64,000 nucleotides of DNA. Origin: Trueperaceae bacterium (GTDB taxonomy: Bacteria; Deinococcota; Deinococci; Deinococcales; Trueperaceae). Every line of letters begins with the position of its first letter. The first letter of the stretch is position 1. The stretch is taken from assembly GCA_965213925.1 (NCBI GenBank), contig OZ243927.1, positions 3,200,001-3,264,000 on the forward strand, read 5' to 3'. The notes beneath the pieces are model-generated. The model was not told where the DNA came from and ran no database searches. It saw only the letters and a program-made list of their open reading frames with translations. The translations under genes were made by a program, and so were the position numbers. Positions 20,651 through 29,705 of this stretch are shown here, piece by piece.

Positions 20651-21166
20651 TCACTCGTCGATCCAAGTTATACCCAATGTTAAGAGTCTCTCTGAAAGCT
20701 CTGCGGCTGAAAGCGGTCCCGGCTTTACGCTCTGAACGACGCCCTCCGCGTCGATGAAGAAGGTCGTGGGGATGCCGAGAACCTGGTAGCGGCGCAGCAC
20801 CGCCGTCGTTGTGTCTAGTTCGAGCTCGGCGCGCTCACGGCGGGTCGGCTCAAGACCAGCGGGCAGCGTGATCCCTTGCGCCTCGAGGTACGCCGCGGCC
20901 GCCTCCGCGCGCTCGTTATTGTTGACGAGCAAAAAGGTAGCCCCTTCGCCTACCTCCTCGCTCGCCCGCTGAAAGATGGGCAGCTCGTCCAGACACGGCA
21001 AACACCAGGTCGCCCAAAAGTTGAGGACGACGGGCGTACCGGATAGCTCGGCGAGCGAGACCTTTTGGCCTGCGCGGTTGAGCAGCGCGAAATCGGGGGC
21101 GGGCTCGCCCACCTCTTGTGCAAAAACGGGTAGTGTCAGAACGAACAGGACGAGTAGATAGCGCAT
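20651..21166 (-). CDS. TlpA/ResA-like exported thiol-disulfide reductase
   Basis: Signal peptide, NFWATWCLPC, GIPTTFFID. Confidence 0.92.
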   Translation of the reverse strand: MRYLLVLFVLTLPVFAQEVGEPAPDFALLNRAGQKVSLAELSGTPVVLNFWATWCLPCLDELPIFQRASEEVGEGATFLLVNNNERAEAAAAYLEAQGITLPAGLEPTRRERAELELDTTTAVLRRYQVLGIPTTFFIDAEGVVQSVKPGPLSAAELSERLLTLGITWIDE

Positions 21167-21172
21167 ACGGAA

Positions 21173-22876
21173 CTACAGATGCTCGAGTGGGCTTTCCCGC
21201 GCCGCACTTAAAGCGGGCAAGAGCGCGAAGAGCACCGCGACGGGTAGCAAGATAAAGCCGCGCCACCAATCCGAGCCGCTGAGGGTCGGCGTCGGCAGGG
21301 TCAGGCTCGCTTGGCTCTGGATAACTTGCCCGACGAAGGTCACACCCAGGTACGCTGCGAAGACGCCTAAGACGATGCCGACGAAGCTGAGTAAGGCTGC
21401 CTCTAGCAAAACACTCCCCGCGACCACGCCCCTAGAAACCCCCACCGCCCGCAAAATCGCCAAGTTCTTCTGCGCCTGCACCGCGCCTCCATAGGTGTTG
21501 AGCGCCACCGTGACGACGGCGAGCGCCAAGATGATGTTTGCCAAAAGCCCATAAATCTGCCGCCCCTGACCGAGTAAGCTCAGGAGCCCGTTGATGACGC
21601 CGCCCGGAAAGATCGCCTGGACGCCCGTGATCTCGTCGAGCGTGCCTGCAATCTGGTAGAGCGCCCCCAAGTCTTCAGTGGCGTAGAGCACCGCCGTGAC
21701 TTCCCGCGAGTCCCCCTCATCCGGTGGCGTAGCGGCGAGGTCGGCGATGGGGAGCGCGTCCGCCTCGTCGTGCGCCTCTTCCTCGAGTTCATGTCCGACC
21801 TCTTCGACGACCAGATGCAGCGCGTCACGCTCAGCCGCGTTGATCTGCAAAAGGTAGTCACCAGGTTCCATATGAAAGATGTGTGCCGAGAAAATCTCTA
21901 AACACCCTTCGATGTCGTCTTCCCCCGCCACGAGTTTGGGGGCGAGCGTCCTGCCGTTTTCGCCCGTCAAGGTAAGGATGGCGCCCTGGTCGGCAAAAAA
22001 AGCGTAGTCCGCCGCTTTGTCGGCGCTAAAGCGCAGCAAGCCGCCCCGGTCCGCGCCCTCTAAAGCCGCGAGAGCGATCTCGTAACGGGTGTGCACCTCG
22101 TCTAATGTATCCAAGTTTTCGGGCTCCAGCTTCGCCGCCCGCGCCTCGCCCGACCCGCCCGTCATGTGAAGGCAGGCGTGCTCCGCGTCTACCGTGCCCG
22201 CCTCCGGCGAAAACTGCCCGTGCGAGTCCCAGATGGACTCAATGTCAACGTAGACGGCACGGTCCGAAGGGCCGCCCGTCGGCTCTAAAATACCTACCAC
22301 GCGGTAGTCATCGGTGTGCATGGTCGGCTCGAAGGTCTCGGTGAAGCCGTGCGCACTCTGAAAAGTGTCGCCTAAACTAAAGCCCATTTCGTGAGCAACC
22401 TGTGTGCCTAAAACGGCCTGGTAAGCGTCCGAAAAGACGGTGCCCTGCCCTAACTGATAGTAAAGCGGCGCTTGCGGGCCCTCGCGCAAATCGAAGTACG
22501 CGGGCGTCGTGCCGACCAGCGGATAGCCCTGGACGCTGTCGCCGAAGCCCACCGGCACCGCCCGCTCGGTGCGCGGGTCCGCCGCTAGAGAGGCGTAGAC
22601 GCGGTAGGGGATGTTGCCCACGGGCGCGTTTTGGTAGTAGATAGTGTTCAGCACCGCCTGGGTCTGCGAGCCCTCCGCCGTCACGAGCAAATCGAAAATC
22701 TGCGCCGCCTCAGTTGCGCCGCGCTGGAAGGCTCGGAGGCTCAAAGGCACGACCAACGCCAAGCCGACGCCCAAGAGCACCGCCACGACCGTTAAGACGT
22801 TGGCGAAAAGCCGCATCCGCAGGGAGCGCAGGAGCACCCAGAGGGTGAGGCGCAGGCGCTTGAAGAGGTCGGGCAT
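21173..22876 (-). CDS. MacB/FtsX-type ABC permease (ZrgC-like) with His/Cys-rich periplasmic insert
   Basis: GSQTQAVLNTIY, GFGDS, SAHG, VVGILEPTG, AILRAVG. Confidence 0.8.
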   Translation of the reverse strand: MPDLFKRLRLTLWVLLRSLRMRLFANVLTVVAVLLGVGLALVVPLSLRAFQRGATEAAQIFDLLVTAEGSQTQAVLNTIYYQNAPVGNIPYRVYASLAADPRTERAVPVGFGDSVQGYPLVGTTPAYFDLREGPQAPLYYQLGQGTVFSDAYQAVLGTQVAHEMGFSLGDTFQSAHGFTETFEPTMHTDDYRVVGILEPTGGPSDRAVYVDIESIWDSHGQFSPEAGTVDAEHACLHMTGGSGEARAAKLEPENLDTLDEVHTRYEIALAALEGADRGGLLRFSADKAADYAFFADQGAILTLTGENGRTLAPKLVAGEDDIEGCLEIFSAHIFHMEPGDYLLQINAAERDALHLVVEEVGHELEEEAHDEADALPIADLAATPPDEGDSREVTAVLYATEDLGALYQIAGTLDEITGVQAIFPGGVINGLLSLLGQGRQIYGLLANIILALAVVTVALNTYGGAVQAQKNLAILRAVGVSRGVVAGSVLLEAALLSFVGIVLGVFAAYLGVTFVGQVIQSQASLTLPTPTLSGSDWWRGFILLPVAVLFALLPALSAARESPLEHL

Positions 22877-22883
22877 AGCCTTT

Positions 22884-22915
22884 AGGGTAGTTGGTTTGTG
22901 TCAGTGGGGCGTCAG
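22884..22915 (-). promoter_or_regulatory. Pho-box-like direct repeat plus -10
   Basis: Minus strand CTGAC-N6-CTGAC-N10-TACCCT, 7 nt before ATG. Confidence 0.6.
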
Positions 22916-22992
22916 TGAGTCAAGTCGATAGAGGCACCTTGAGATGAATCTGTCGTCGAGACCGATGAAACAACATCAGCCGAGCGACCAGC

Positions 22993-23646
22993 CTAATCGC
23001 CGTCTACCCACGCATACAGTTCATCAATATTTTGCCCTTCACCTTCGAGACGGATTGAGCCAGATGCAGCCATCGCCTGGAGCTTCTGCCTATGAGCGCT
23101 CAAGACGTTTAGCGGTTCCAACGCTAGACGCATCTCAACATCGGCTTTGCTAAGTCGGTCAGTCATTTTCACTCCGCCGACCGACAACACTATCCCAAAG
23201 GTTTGCTTGAAACACTCATCTTCGATGTAAACGTTACACGCTAAGTCGATGTCTAAACCTTGTTCGCGCCAGAAGACCCCTTGAATCATGAAGCAAACAC
23301 CCTCCATGACGATACTCTGTTCCTCAGGTGCACCCAAGGTTTCGCTCCCCCACCGTGCAAGTGCGGCAAGTGCGTCGGTTAAACCGTAACCGTACTCCGT
23401 TAGCTCGTACACCGTAGACGCCGCTGGCGGGGGCAGGTAGCGCGTCGCTACGACGCCGCGTTCCTCTAAACTTTTTAAGCGGTCCGTCAAGATATTTGTG
23501 CTGATGCCCGGTAGCCCTGTTCGCAAGTCGCTAAAACGGCGGGGCGCAACAAGTAAGTTTCGCACGATCAAAAGCGTCCAGCGCTCTCCGACGCTGTCGA
23601 GCGCGTGAGCCACCGCGCAGAACTGGCTGTAAGACTTGTTCGACAT
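22993..23646 (-). CDS. HxlR-family regulator with C-terminal SCP2-like extension
   Basis: YSQFCAVAHALDSVGERWTLLIVR, YELT. Confidence 0.9.
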   Translation of the reverse strand: MSNKSYSQFCAVAHALDSVGERWTLLIVRNLLVAPRRFSDLRTGLPGISTNILTDRLKSLEERGVVATRYLPPPAASTVYELTEYGYGLTDALAALARWGSETLGAPEEQSIVMEGVCFMIQGVFWREQGLDIDLACNVYIEDECFKQTFGIVLSVGGVKMTDRLSKADVEMRLALEPLNVLSAHRQKLQAMAASGSIRLEGEGQNIDELYAWVDGD

Positions 23647-23788
23647 AGTTTTCATTCTAAATCAAGTTGTTTATTTTTACTGTAAAGTTTTTATTAACAA
23701 TTAGTTTTTTTCAAAAAACAACTAAATAGTATATCTTTGGAGTACTTAGCCAGCACCCTGCTAAGTCAGCATCTCGAGGAGGATCACG

Positions 23789-24801
23789 ATGAAAGCGGTT
23801 CAAATTCATGAGTACGGAACGCCAGATGTCCTCAACTACGAGTCGGTAGACGATCTATCTCCCAGCGCGGGCGAGGTGCTTATCAAGGTCGAGTCAGCCT
23901 CTGTAAACTACTCGGACACCTTGCGGCGCAGTAACGCCACCTATCCCTTTCCAACCCCTTTACCGTTTATCCCTGGCGGCGAAGTAGCGGGCGTGGTTGA
24001 AGCCCTTGGTGAAGGTGTTGAGAAACCACCTTTGGGCACCCCCGTATTCGCGCTGGTTGGGCCTGGCTCAAACGGCTATGCCCAGTATGCACTCAGCCCA
24101 GTAAGTAGGGTAGTTCCGATTCCGCCAGGTATAAGTATGGATCAAGCAGCGGCTCTACCTATAGCAGGCACGACGGCGCTTATGCTGCTCAGAGAAACGG
24201 TACGTTTACAGTCTGGTGAAACGGTACTCGTTCAAGGAGCCGCCGGGGGCGTAGGGAGTTACGCAGTTCAATTAGCGAAGGTTCTCGGCGCAAAAACCGT
24301 CATTGGTGCAAGCAGCTCGGTGGCGAAGCGAGACAAGGTGCTCGAGCTAGGCGCAGACCACATCGTTGACTACACCCAGCCAGATTGGTACGAGCAAGTC
24401 CGGCATCTCACAGATGGCGAGGGGGTGGACATTATTTTGGAAATGAGTGGCGGTGAGATGTTTACGCAGGGTTTACGCTGCCTTGCTCCTTTTGGACGCT
24501 GCGTCGTCTACGGTATGGCGGCCGGCCGCTCGCGTTTGACGCACAGTCCACCGAGCACTTCTTTTATAGTCCGTCGCTCAACCAATCCATTCATGTTTAC
24601 AACCTCGGGCTGTGGTTCGGAATGCGCTCTGAAATGGCAGCGCAGGCGATGGCGGACGTGATCGGCTATGTTGCCTCTGGGCAAGTCAAGGTAGCGGTTG
24701 ACTATGTGTTGCCCTTAGCTCAAGCGGCGCGGGCACATACGATGCTCGAGGCGAGGGAAACAACCGGGAAAGTTATTCTTAAACCCTGGCAAGATGCGTA
24801 A
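23789..24801 (+). pseudogene. NADPH:quinone oxidoreductase (MDR family), frameshifted near 24525
   Basis: PFIPGGE, GAAGGVG; expected C-terminus LPLAQAARAH...TTGKVILKP lies in another frame ending TAA 24801. Confidence 0.85.
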
Positions 24802-24839
24802 TCATCGGAACCCGTACCTCTTTCTACTCGCTCCGCTTG

Positions 24840-24863
24840 GGGTAATTCCTTTAAGAATTACCC
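24840..24863. terminator. Hairpin between convergent genes
   Basis: GGGTAATTC-ctttaa-GAATTACCC. Confidence 0.55.
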
Positions 24864-24932
24864 GGAAACGGTGTAACATAGACGCATACTTACGTTACTT
24901 ATGTCCTTGCGCTGTTTACTCAACCAAGTACG

Positions 24933-25145
24933 TCAAGCAGCTTCATCGGTCAGATGGAGACGCGCCGCCTCGAGAAGTCCAAGCGCCTGCTCCTTACGCA
25001 CACTCGGAACATCGTCTAAAAACTCATTTAAGCTGTCACCCGCCTCAAGGTAGTCGAAGCGTGCTTTCACTGGAACGCGCGTGCCTATAAAGACAGGGGT
25101 GCCCCCGAGGATGTCCGGGTCTCGGTTGATCATAAAATCGCTCAT
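24933..25145 (-). CDS. DUF433-family putative antitoxin
   Basis: DPDILGGTPVFIGTRVPV. Confidence 0.88.
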   Translation of the reverse strand: MSDFMINRDPDILGGTPVFIGTRVPVKARFDYLEAGDSLNEFLDDVPSVRKEQALGLLEAARLHLTDEAA

Positions 25146-25181
25146 TAGACTAATCTCAACCAACAGGATAGCACCCGAGCG

Positions 25182-25889
25182 CTACGCAAGCTCAACCACC
25201 TCTACAAACGCCCCCTTCACCGCTGGATCGTGCGTCGAGACGATCAGCGCCGCGCCCGTCCGACGCGCCACCTCGCGCAAGAGGCTTAAAGCCGCCTCCC
25301 CCCGCTCGCGGTCGAGGTTAGCGGTGGGCTCGTCCGCCAGAAGCACCACCGGGTTCGCCGCCGTCGCCCTAGCGATGGCTACGCGCTGCCGTTCGCCCGT
25401 GGAGAGGCGTTTGGGGACGTGACTTAGCCTATGTCCTAAGCCTAAGTCTTTCAGAAGGTCTTTCGCGCGGCGGTTCGCTTCACCGAGCGGCACGCCCGCA
25501 GCGGCGAGCGCCACGACGACGTTTTCTAGGGCGGTGTAGCCGTCAATGAGGTGAAAATCTTGAAAGACCAAGCCGACGTGCTGGGCGCGGAAGCGCTCCA
25601 AGCGTCCCTGCGGCATCTCGGTAAGGGACCCTCCGATAATTTCAACCGTGCCTGTGGTGGGTTTGAGGAGTCCGGCTAGGATGTGGAGAAGCGTCGTCTT
25701 ACCGGAGCCACTCGGGCCAACGAGCGCGAGTTCTTGGTTTGCTTTTAGCTCGAGGTCAGGCAGCTTAATGTGGGCAGCTTGCGCGTAGTGGACCTCTAAA
25801 CCCTGCGCTCGCACCCTCACGGAAATGGGCGAGCCTTCATCTGCTTGTTCGCTCGGTTCTTGTTCGACTTCGCTAACCGCCACGCTCAA
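25182..25889 (-). CDS. ABC ATP-binding protein (LolD/ZrgB-like)
   Basis: GPSGSGKT, LSTGERQR, ADEPTANLD. Confidence 0.92.
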   Translation of the reverse strand: MSVAVSEVEQEPSEQADEGSPISVRVRAQGLEVHYAQAAHIKLPDLELKANQELALVGPSGSGKTTLLHILAGLLKPTTGTVEIIGGSLTEMPQGRLERFRAQHVGLVFQDFHLIDGYTALENVVVALAAAGVPLGEANRRAKDLLKDLGLGHRLSHVPKRLSTGERQRVAIARATAANPVVLLADEPTANLDRERGEAALSLLREVARRTGAALIVSTHDPAVKGAFVEVVELA

Positions 25890-26295
25890 CCTTATCCGCC
25901 TGGATGCGGATTTTCGAGACGAAGCCGGTGTCAGGGTCTTTGGCGGTGCCGACTTCTAAGGTGCCCGTCACCTCGAGCGCCCCGAAGATGATGGTATCCG
26001 TGCCGCCTTCGGGTAGCTTGACATAGACGATGTCGGGGGGCCACTCCGCTTCGGTCTCGCAGAAAGGGCAGACCGCCATCGGGTACTTGGTCAGCACGAA
26101 AAAGTCCGCGTCGGGCTTTAAGGGAGGCGCGGCGTAGCCGAGCATGGTGACGGTCTTGCCGGAGGCGGCTTCTAGCGCAGGGCTGAACTCTTGGGTCTCG
26201 ACGTCGGCGTAGAGGTCGCCGAAGGTAAATTGGGGCTGGGCGAGTGTAAAACTCAGCACGGTGAGTGCGAATAGAGCGGTAAGTGGGCGTACCAT
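25873..26295 (-). CDS. Exported DUF3299-like (ZrgD-like) protein
   Basis: GKTVTMLGY, FFVL, CPFC, VTGTLEVG. Confidence 0.7.
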   Translation of the reverse strand: MVRPLTALFALTVLSFTLAQPQFTFGDLYADVETQEFSPALEAASGKTVTMLGYAAPPLKPDADFFVLTKYPMAVCPFCETEAEWPPDIVYVKLPEGGTDTIIFGALEVTGTLEVGTAKDPDTGFVSKIRIQADKVERGG

Positions 26296-26408
26296 CGTAT
26301 CACCTCACCTTGATTGTAAAGAAAAGGCTCGAGCCTTTGGTCATGGGCGTCTCATCAGAGCGAAAACCTGAGAGCCGAAGCTCCCAGGTTTCGTTCGCAA
26401 AAAGGTTT

Positions 26409-28466
26409 TTAGTTACCGGACGCCGCTCGCGACAGGAGTTCACCCAAGCGGGCGACCATTTCGGCTTGCGTGCCTTCTAAACCCTGCGCAACCTGCGTGG
26501 TCTGCTCGCCCAAGCGGGCGAGGATTTCGGTCGCCTGCGGGCTGCCTGCGTTCAGGGCGGTAGCGAGGTTTTCTAGGGAGGTGACGATAGGGTCTAGGTC
26601 GGGGTCGTCAAGGCTGCTGAGGCGCTGTTGCCAGCCCCGGATGTTTTCGAGTGCGGCGTCACTGTCGAGGTTCTCTAAGCCGCCCTCGAGCGCACCGACG
26701 GTCTCTTCGACGGTAGGCGTCGTTACGGCTGAGTCACCCGTCATGCCGCCCGTGCCAGAACCGCCGGTCATGCCGCCCGTCATACCTCCGCCTGTCATCT
26801 CACCCGTCTGACTGGTAAAGGTCGCGCCGATGTTGGAGAGGTCGGTCATGCCCGCCTCCACACTAGGCGCTTCGGCTTGGGCGCTGGAGTCCAGCCCCGC
26901 CTGCGCCACCAGGTCGCCTAAGGCGTAGTTCATCACGTGGAAGAGGTAGTTCTGCTCGACGGTGCCGCGCACAAGGTGGGCGCGTGGGCCGGTCGCATAC
27001 GCGGCGATGTCGGTGCCGTCGTGCGTCTCGCTGCTGAGGGGCACCAGCGCCTGCTGGAAGTAGTCCTTAGCTTGGGTGTCCACGTCGGTGAGGTCGGGAC
27101 GTTCGCCGATGACCGCGCCGGGACCGTTGAGGTAGCCGAGCGTGGTGTAAGGTTTGCCGTCCGCCGCGCGAGAGAGTTCGTCCACGGGCTCACCCTGGTC
27201 GTCGAGCCCTCTGACTAAACCCAGGATGGGGTTGCCGCGTTGCGGATAGCCCGCGATGTCCATCGTGTGGGCGTGGTCGGCGGTGACGATGATGAGGGTG
27301 TTCTCGAGGTCAACCTTGTCCAGGGCGGTCTGTACGGCGTTACCAAACTCGATGTTATCGGTCAGCGTGCGAAAGGCGTTGGTGCCGTGACTGGCGTGGT
27401 CCACGCGCCCCGACTCGACCTGGAGGATATAGCCGTTTTCGTTTTGCGAGAGGATGTCGATCGATTTTGAGACCATCTCGGAGAGCGAAGGCTCGCCGCC
27501 CGCGTCGTCGGCGCGGTCCGCTTCGTACTGCATGTGCGACTGATTAAAAAGACCCAAGACCGGACCTGTCGCGGCGGGGTCGATGGCATCGAAGTCCTCT
27601 TGATTCCAGACGTAGGTCGCGCCCTCGCGCCCCTGCGTCCACTCTTCGGTGAGGTTGCGCCCGTCGGTGCGGTTGCCCGTGTCCCCTTCGTCTTCGGGGT
27701 CTTGCGCGTCTTCGGGGAGGAAGTGACGGCGTCCGCCCCCCATCGCCACCTCCAAGCCGTCTCCGTAGGGGAAGTCGATGAGCTGCGCGGCGATGTCTGT
27801 ACAGCCTTGCTGGACGGCCTCTTCGGGCAGCGCGGTGTTGTCCTCCCAGTTGCGGTCGGCAGAGTGCGCGTAGTTCGCGGCGGGGGTGGCGTGGGTGATG
27901 CGCGCCGTGCTGACCGTTCCCGTCGCCATGCCGACCGTTTCGGCGAGTTCAAAAAGGGTGGTGAGGCGGTTTTCTTGGGCCGAGGCGCAGTCGCCGACCA
28001 CCACATCCGGGCCAACGCCCAAGACGCCTATCTTGGTCTTGATGCCGGTGCTCCAAGCCGTGCCGGTCCCGGCAGAGTCGGGCACCTGCGAGTTGGAGTT
28101 ATAAGTCTTGACGAGCGCGACGTTCGGGAAGGTGTCGTAGGGAAGGATGTTCTCCTCACCCATCAGCCCTTTGATCTGCCCCGCGAGGATGCGCGTGGCG
28201 GTGACGGTGGTAGGTCCTGCGCCGTCCGCTACAAAGATGATGACGTTTTGCGCTTCGTCGTTGTTGGGCTGCGTCTCCAGCATCTGCTGTAAGGTCTGCT
28301 GACCGAGCGCGTAGTAGGGATCGCTGGTTTGGGACATTGAGAGGTCACCGCCTGCCCCTCCGGTAGCTGCCCCGCCCGTCGTACCGCCGGTCTGCGCCAG
28401 ACCGATACCTGTAAGGGCAGCCCCGCCGAGCGCTGCGCAGCCAAGAAGTCGTCCTAGTTTCTGCAT
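26409..28466 (-). CDS. phoA: Alkaline phosphatase (PhoA family) with C-terminal extension
   Basis: RBS GGAGGAGG; NVIIFVADG, PDSAGT (catalytic Ser), THATPA, GRVDHASH, TADHAH, ETH. Confidence 0.92.
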   Translation of the reverse strand: MQKLGRLLGCAALGGAALTGIGLAQTGGTTGGAATGGAGGDLSMSQTSDPYYALGQQTLQQMLETQPNNDEAQNVIIFVADGAGPTTVTATRILAGQIKGLMGEENILPYDTFPNVALVKTYNSNSQVPDSAGTGTAWSTGIKTKIGVLGVGPDVVVGDCASAQENRLTTLFELAETVGMATGTVSTARITHATPAANYAHSADRNWEDNTALPEEAVQQGCTDIAAQLIDFPYGDGLEVAMGGGRRHFLPEDAQDPEDEGDTGNRTDGRNLTEEWTQGREGATYVWNQEDFDAIDPAATGPVLGLFNQSHMQYEADRADDAGGEPSLSEMVSKSIDILSQNENGYILQVESGRVDHASHGTNAFRTLTDNIEFGNAVQTALDKVDLENTLIIVTADHAHTMDIAGYPQRGNPILGLVRGLDDQGEPVDELSRAADGKPYTTLGYLNGPGAVIGERPDLTDVDTQAKDYFQQALVPLSSETHDGTDIAAYATGPRAHLVRGTVEQNYLFHVMNYALGDLVAQAGLDSSAQAEAPSVEAGMTDLSNIGATFTSQTGEMTGGGMTGGMTGGSGTGGMTGDSAVTTPTVEETVGALEGGLENLDSDAALENIRGWQQRLSSLDDPDLDPIVTSLENLATALNAGSPQATEILARLGEQTTQVAQGLEGTQAEMVARLGELLSRAASGN

Positions 28467-28546
28467 GTCTCCTCCTCCGAGGCCGGAAATGCGTGCAGAC
28501 CAAGTCTTACTTAGCCACACTTTCCGTTATGAAAAACCTCACAGAC

Positions 28547-28578
28547 ACGCTAACGCGCTGATGTCATGAGCTTGTGAA
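28547..28578 (-). promoter_or_regulatory. Pho-box-like direct repeat plus -10
   Basis: Minus strand TTCAC-N6-ATGAC-N10-TAGCGT upstream of phoA. Confidence 0.5.
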
Positions 28579-29106
28579 TTGAACGGTAGAGTTCGGTGAC
28601 TAACCAAGTCCCAGCCACGCTCGTCGTTTTGGCTGCCCCTACGCCTGTGATCGTCAAGCTTAGGCGTGTGCATAGATCGCTGCACAGACGAGAACAGATT
28701 GTTCGTGGCTCCCAACTCAGAAGCGTTGGAAGACAACCCTAACGAACGCACTCCCACGGCGATCGAAGCGATGGCGGCGTAGACGTAAAGGTGAGCTTAG
28801 CGTCCGCTCTCCTGGACCAAATTTCGGCAATCTTCTCGAACCTCTCTAAGGTTAACGCGCGCAACTGCCGCAGAATGGTTCGTCCATTAAAAAGCGCTCA
28901 CGGTAGGGAGGGCGGCGACGCCAAACTTACGCGGCGTGCGGTGGCGTCTTCTTCTGCCCCAAACGTAAGGGTGCTTGTGGTCATTCCAGTAGGCAGTGGC
29001 TCTTCGAATGGGCTCAACCATCTCGGTCCAGACCTCGAAGCGCCTGCCTTTGAGAGCTAAAGAGCGTAACGTCTTCCACCAGGGCTCGGTGAGGTTGAGA
29101 TACCCC

Positions 29107-29170
29107 TAGGTGATCGCCGCTAGGCGAATCCGGTCCTGTGCCCTGCGAAGCGGGTATTGTCGGTAACCTA
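29107..29170. mobile_element. 64-nt hairpin micro-insert B in transposase (frameshifting)
   Basis: Removal restores QPKYAGYLNLTEPWWK; core AGGTGATCGC...CGGTAACCT. Confidence 0.8.
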
Positions 29171-29639
29171 GCGTACTTGGGCTGGAAGACGAACTCCCAC
29201 CTGGGGTGAGCCAGACTAAAAAGGAGCACGTCGTAAGAGCTGTGCATGTAGAGATTGTCGATGATGGCGTAGATGTGCTTGACCTCGGGCGGGACCCACT
29301 GCTCGACCTTTCCCAGAAACTCGGTATAGTGCCCGCCGATGCGGCGCGGGACCATCTCAGTGAATACTGCGCCTGAGGCGGGTTCTAATGCGCCGAAGAC
29401 GAAACCACCTTTCGGGCGATGTGTATAGTCAAGCGCGACTTTCGCGCGTCCGGCGGGGGGTCCACGAATTTTGGTCAGCTCCTTACCTTCATATGTTCTT
29501 GAGGCGAGCGGTCCCATCTCGTCTATGCAGAGGACGACGTTGTTCTCTGGTGGGTCGGTGTAGAGCTGTAGGGTGGCACCCTTTTTTCAGCGAACTCGGG
29601 GTCCACCTTTTGTCCATACCACCCTCCTTGTTGTCGCCA

Positions 29640-29705
29640 AAGGTTACCGCCAACGGCGGCTAGCGGGAGCGGGACCACGCGACTTCGCTTTACGCGATCA
29701 CCTGT
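29640..29705. mobile_element. 66-nt hairpin micro-insert A in transposase (in frame)
   Basis: Removal restores EGLRWRQQ; same terminal sequences as insert B, opposite orientation. Confidence 0.8.

Noticed and set aside
26313..26356. Pho-like box before the DUF3299-like gene (ATGAG-N6-ATGAC)
   Set aside because: No TANNNT at the 10-nt spacing seen in the other promoters
29641..29703. Micro-insert as HDV-like ribozyme (GGTCCC, TCCCGC, GCGAA)
   Set aside because: Motif order does not fit HDV topology and insert B lacks the L3-like sequence
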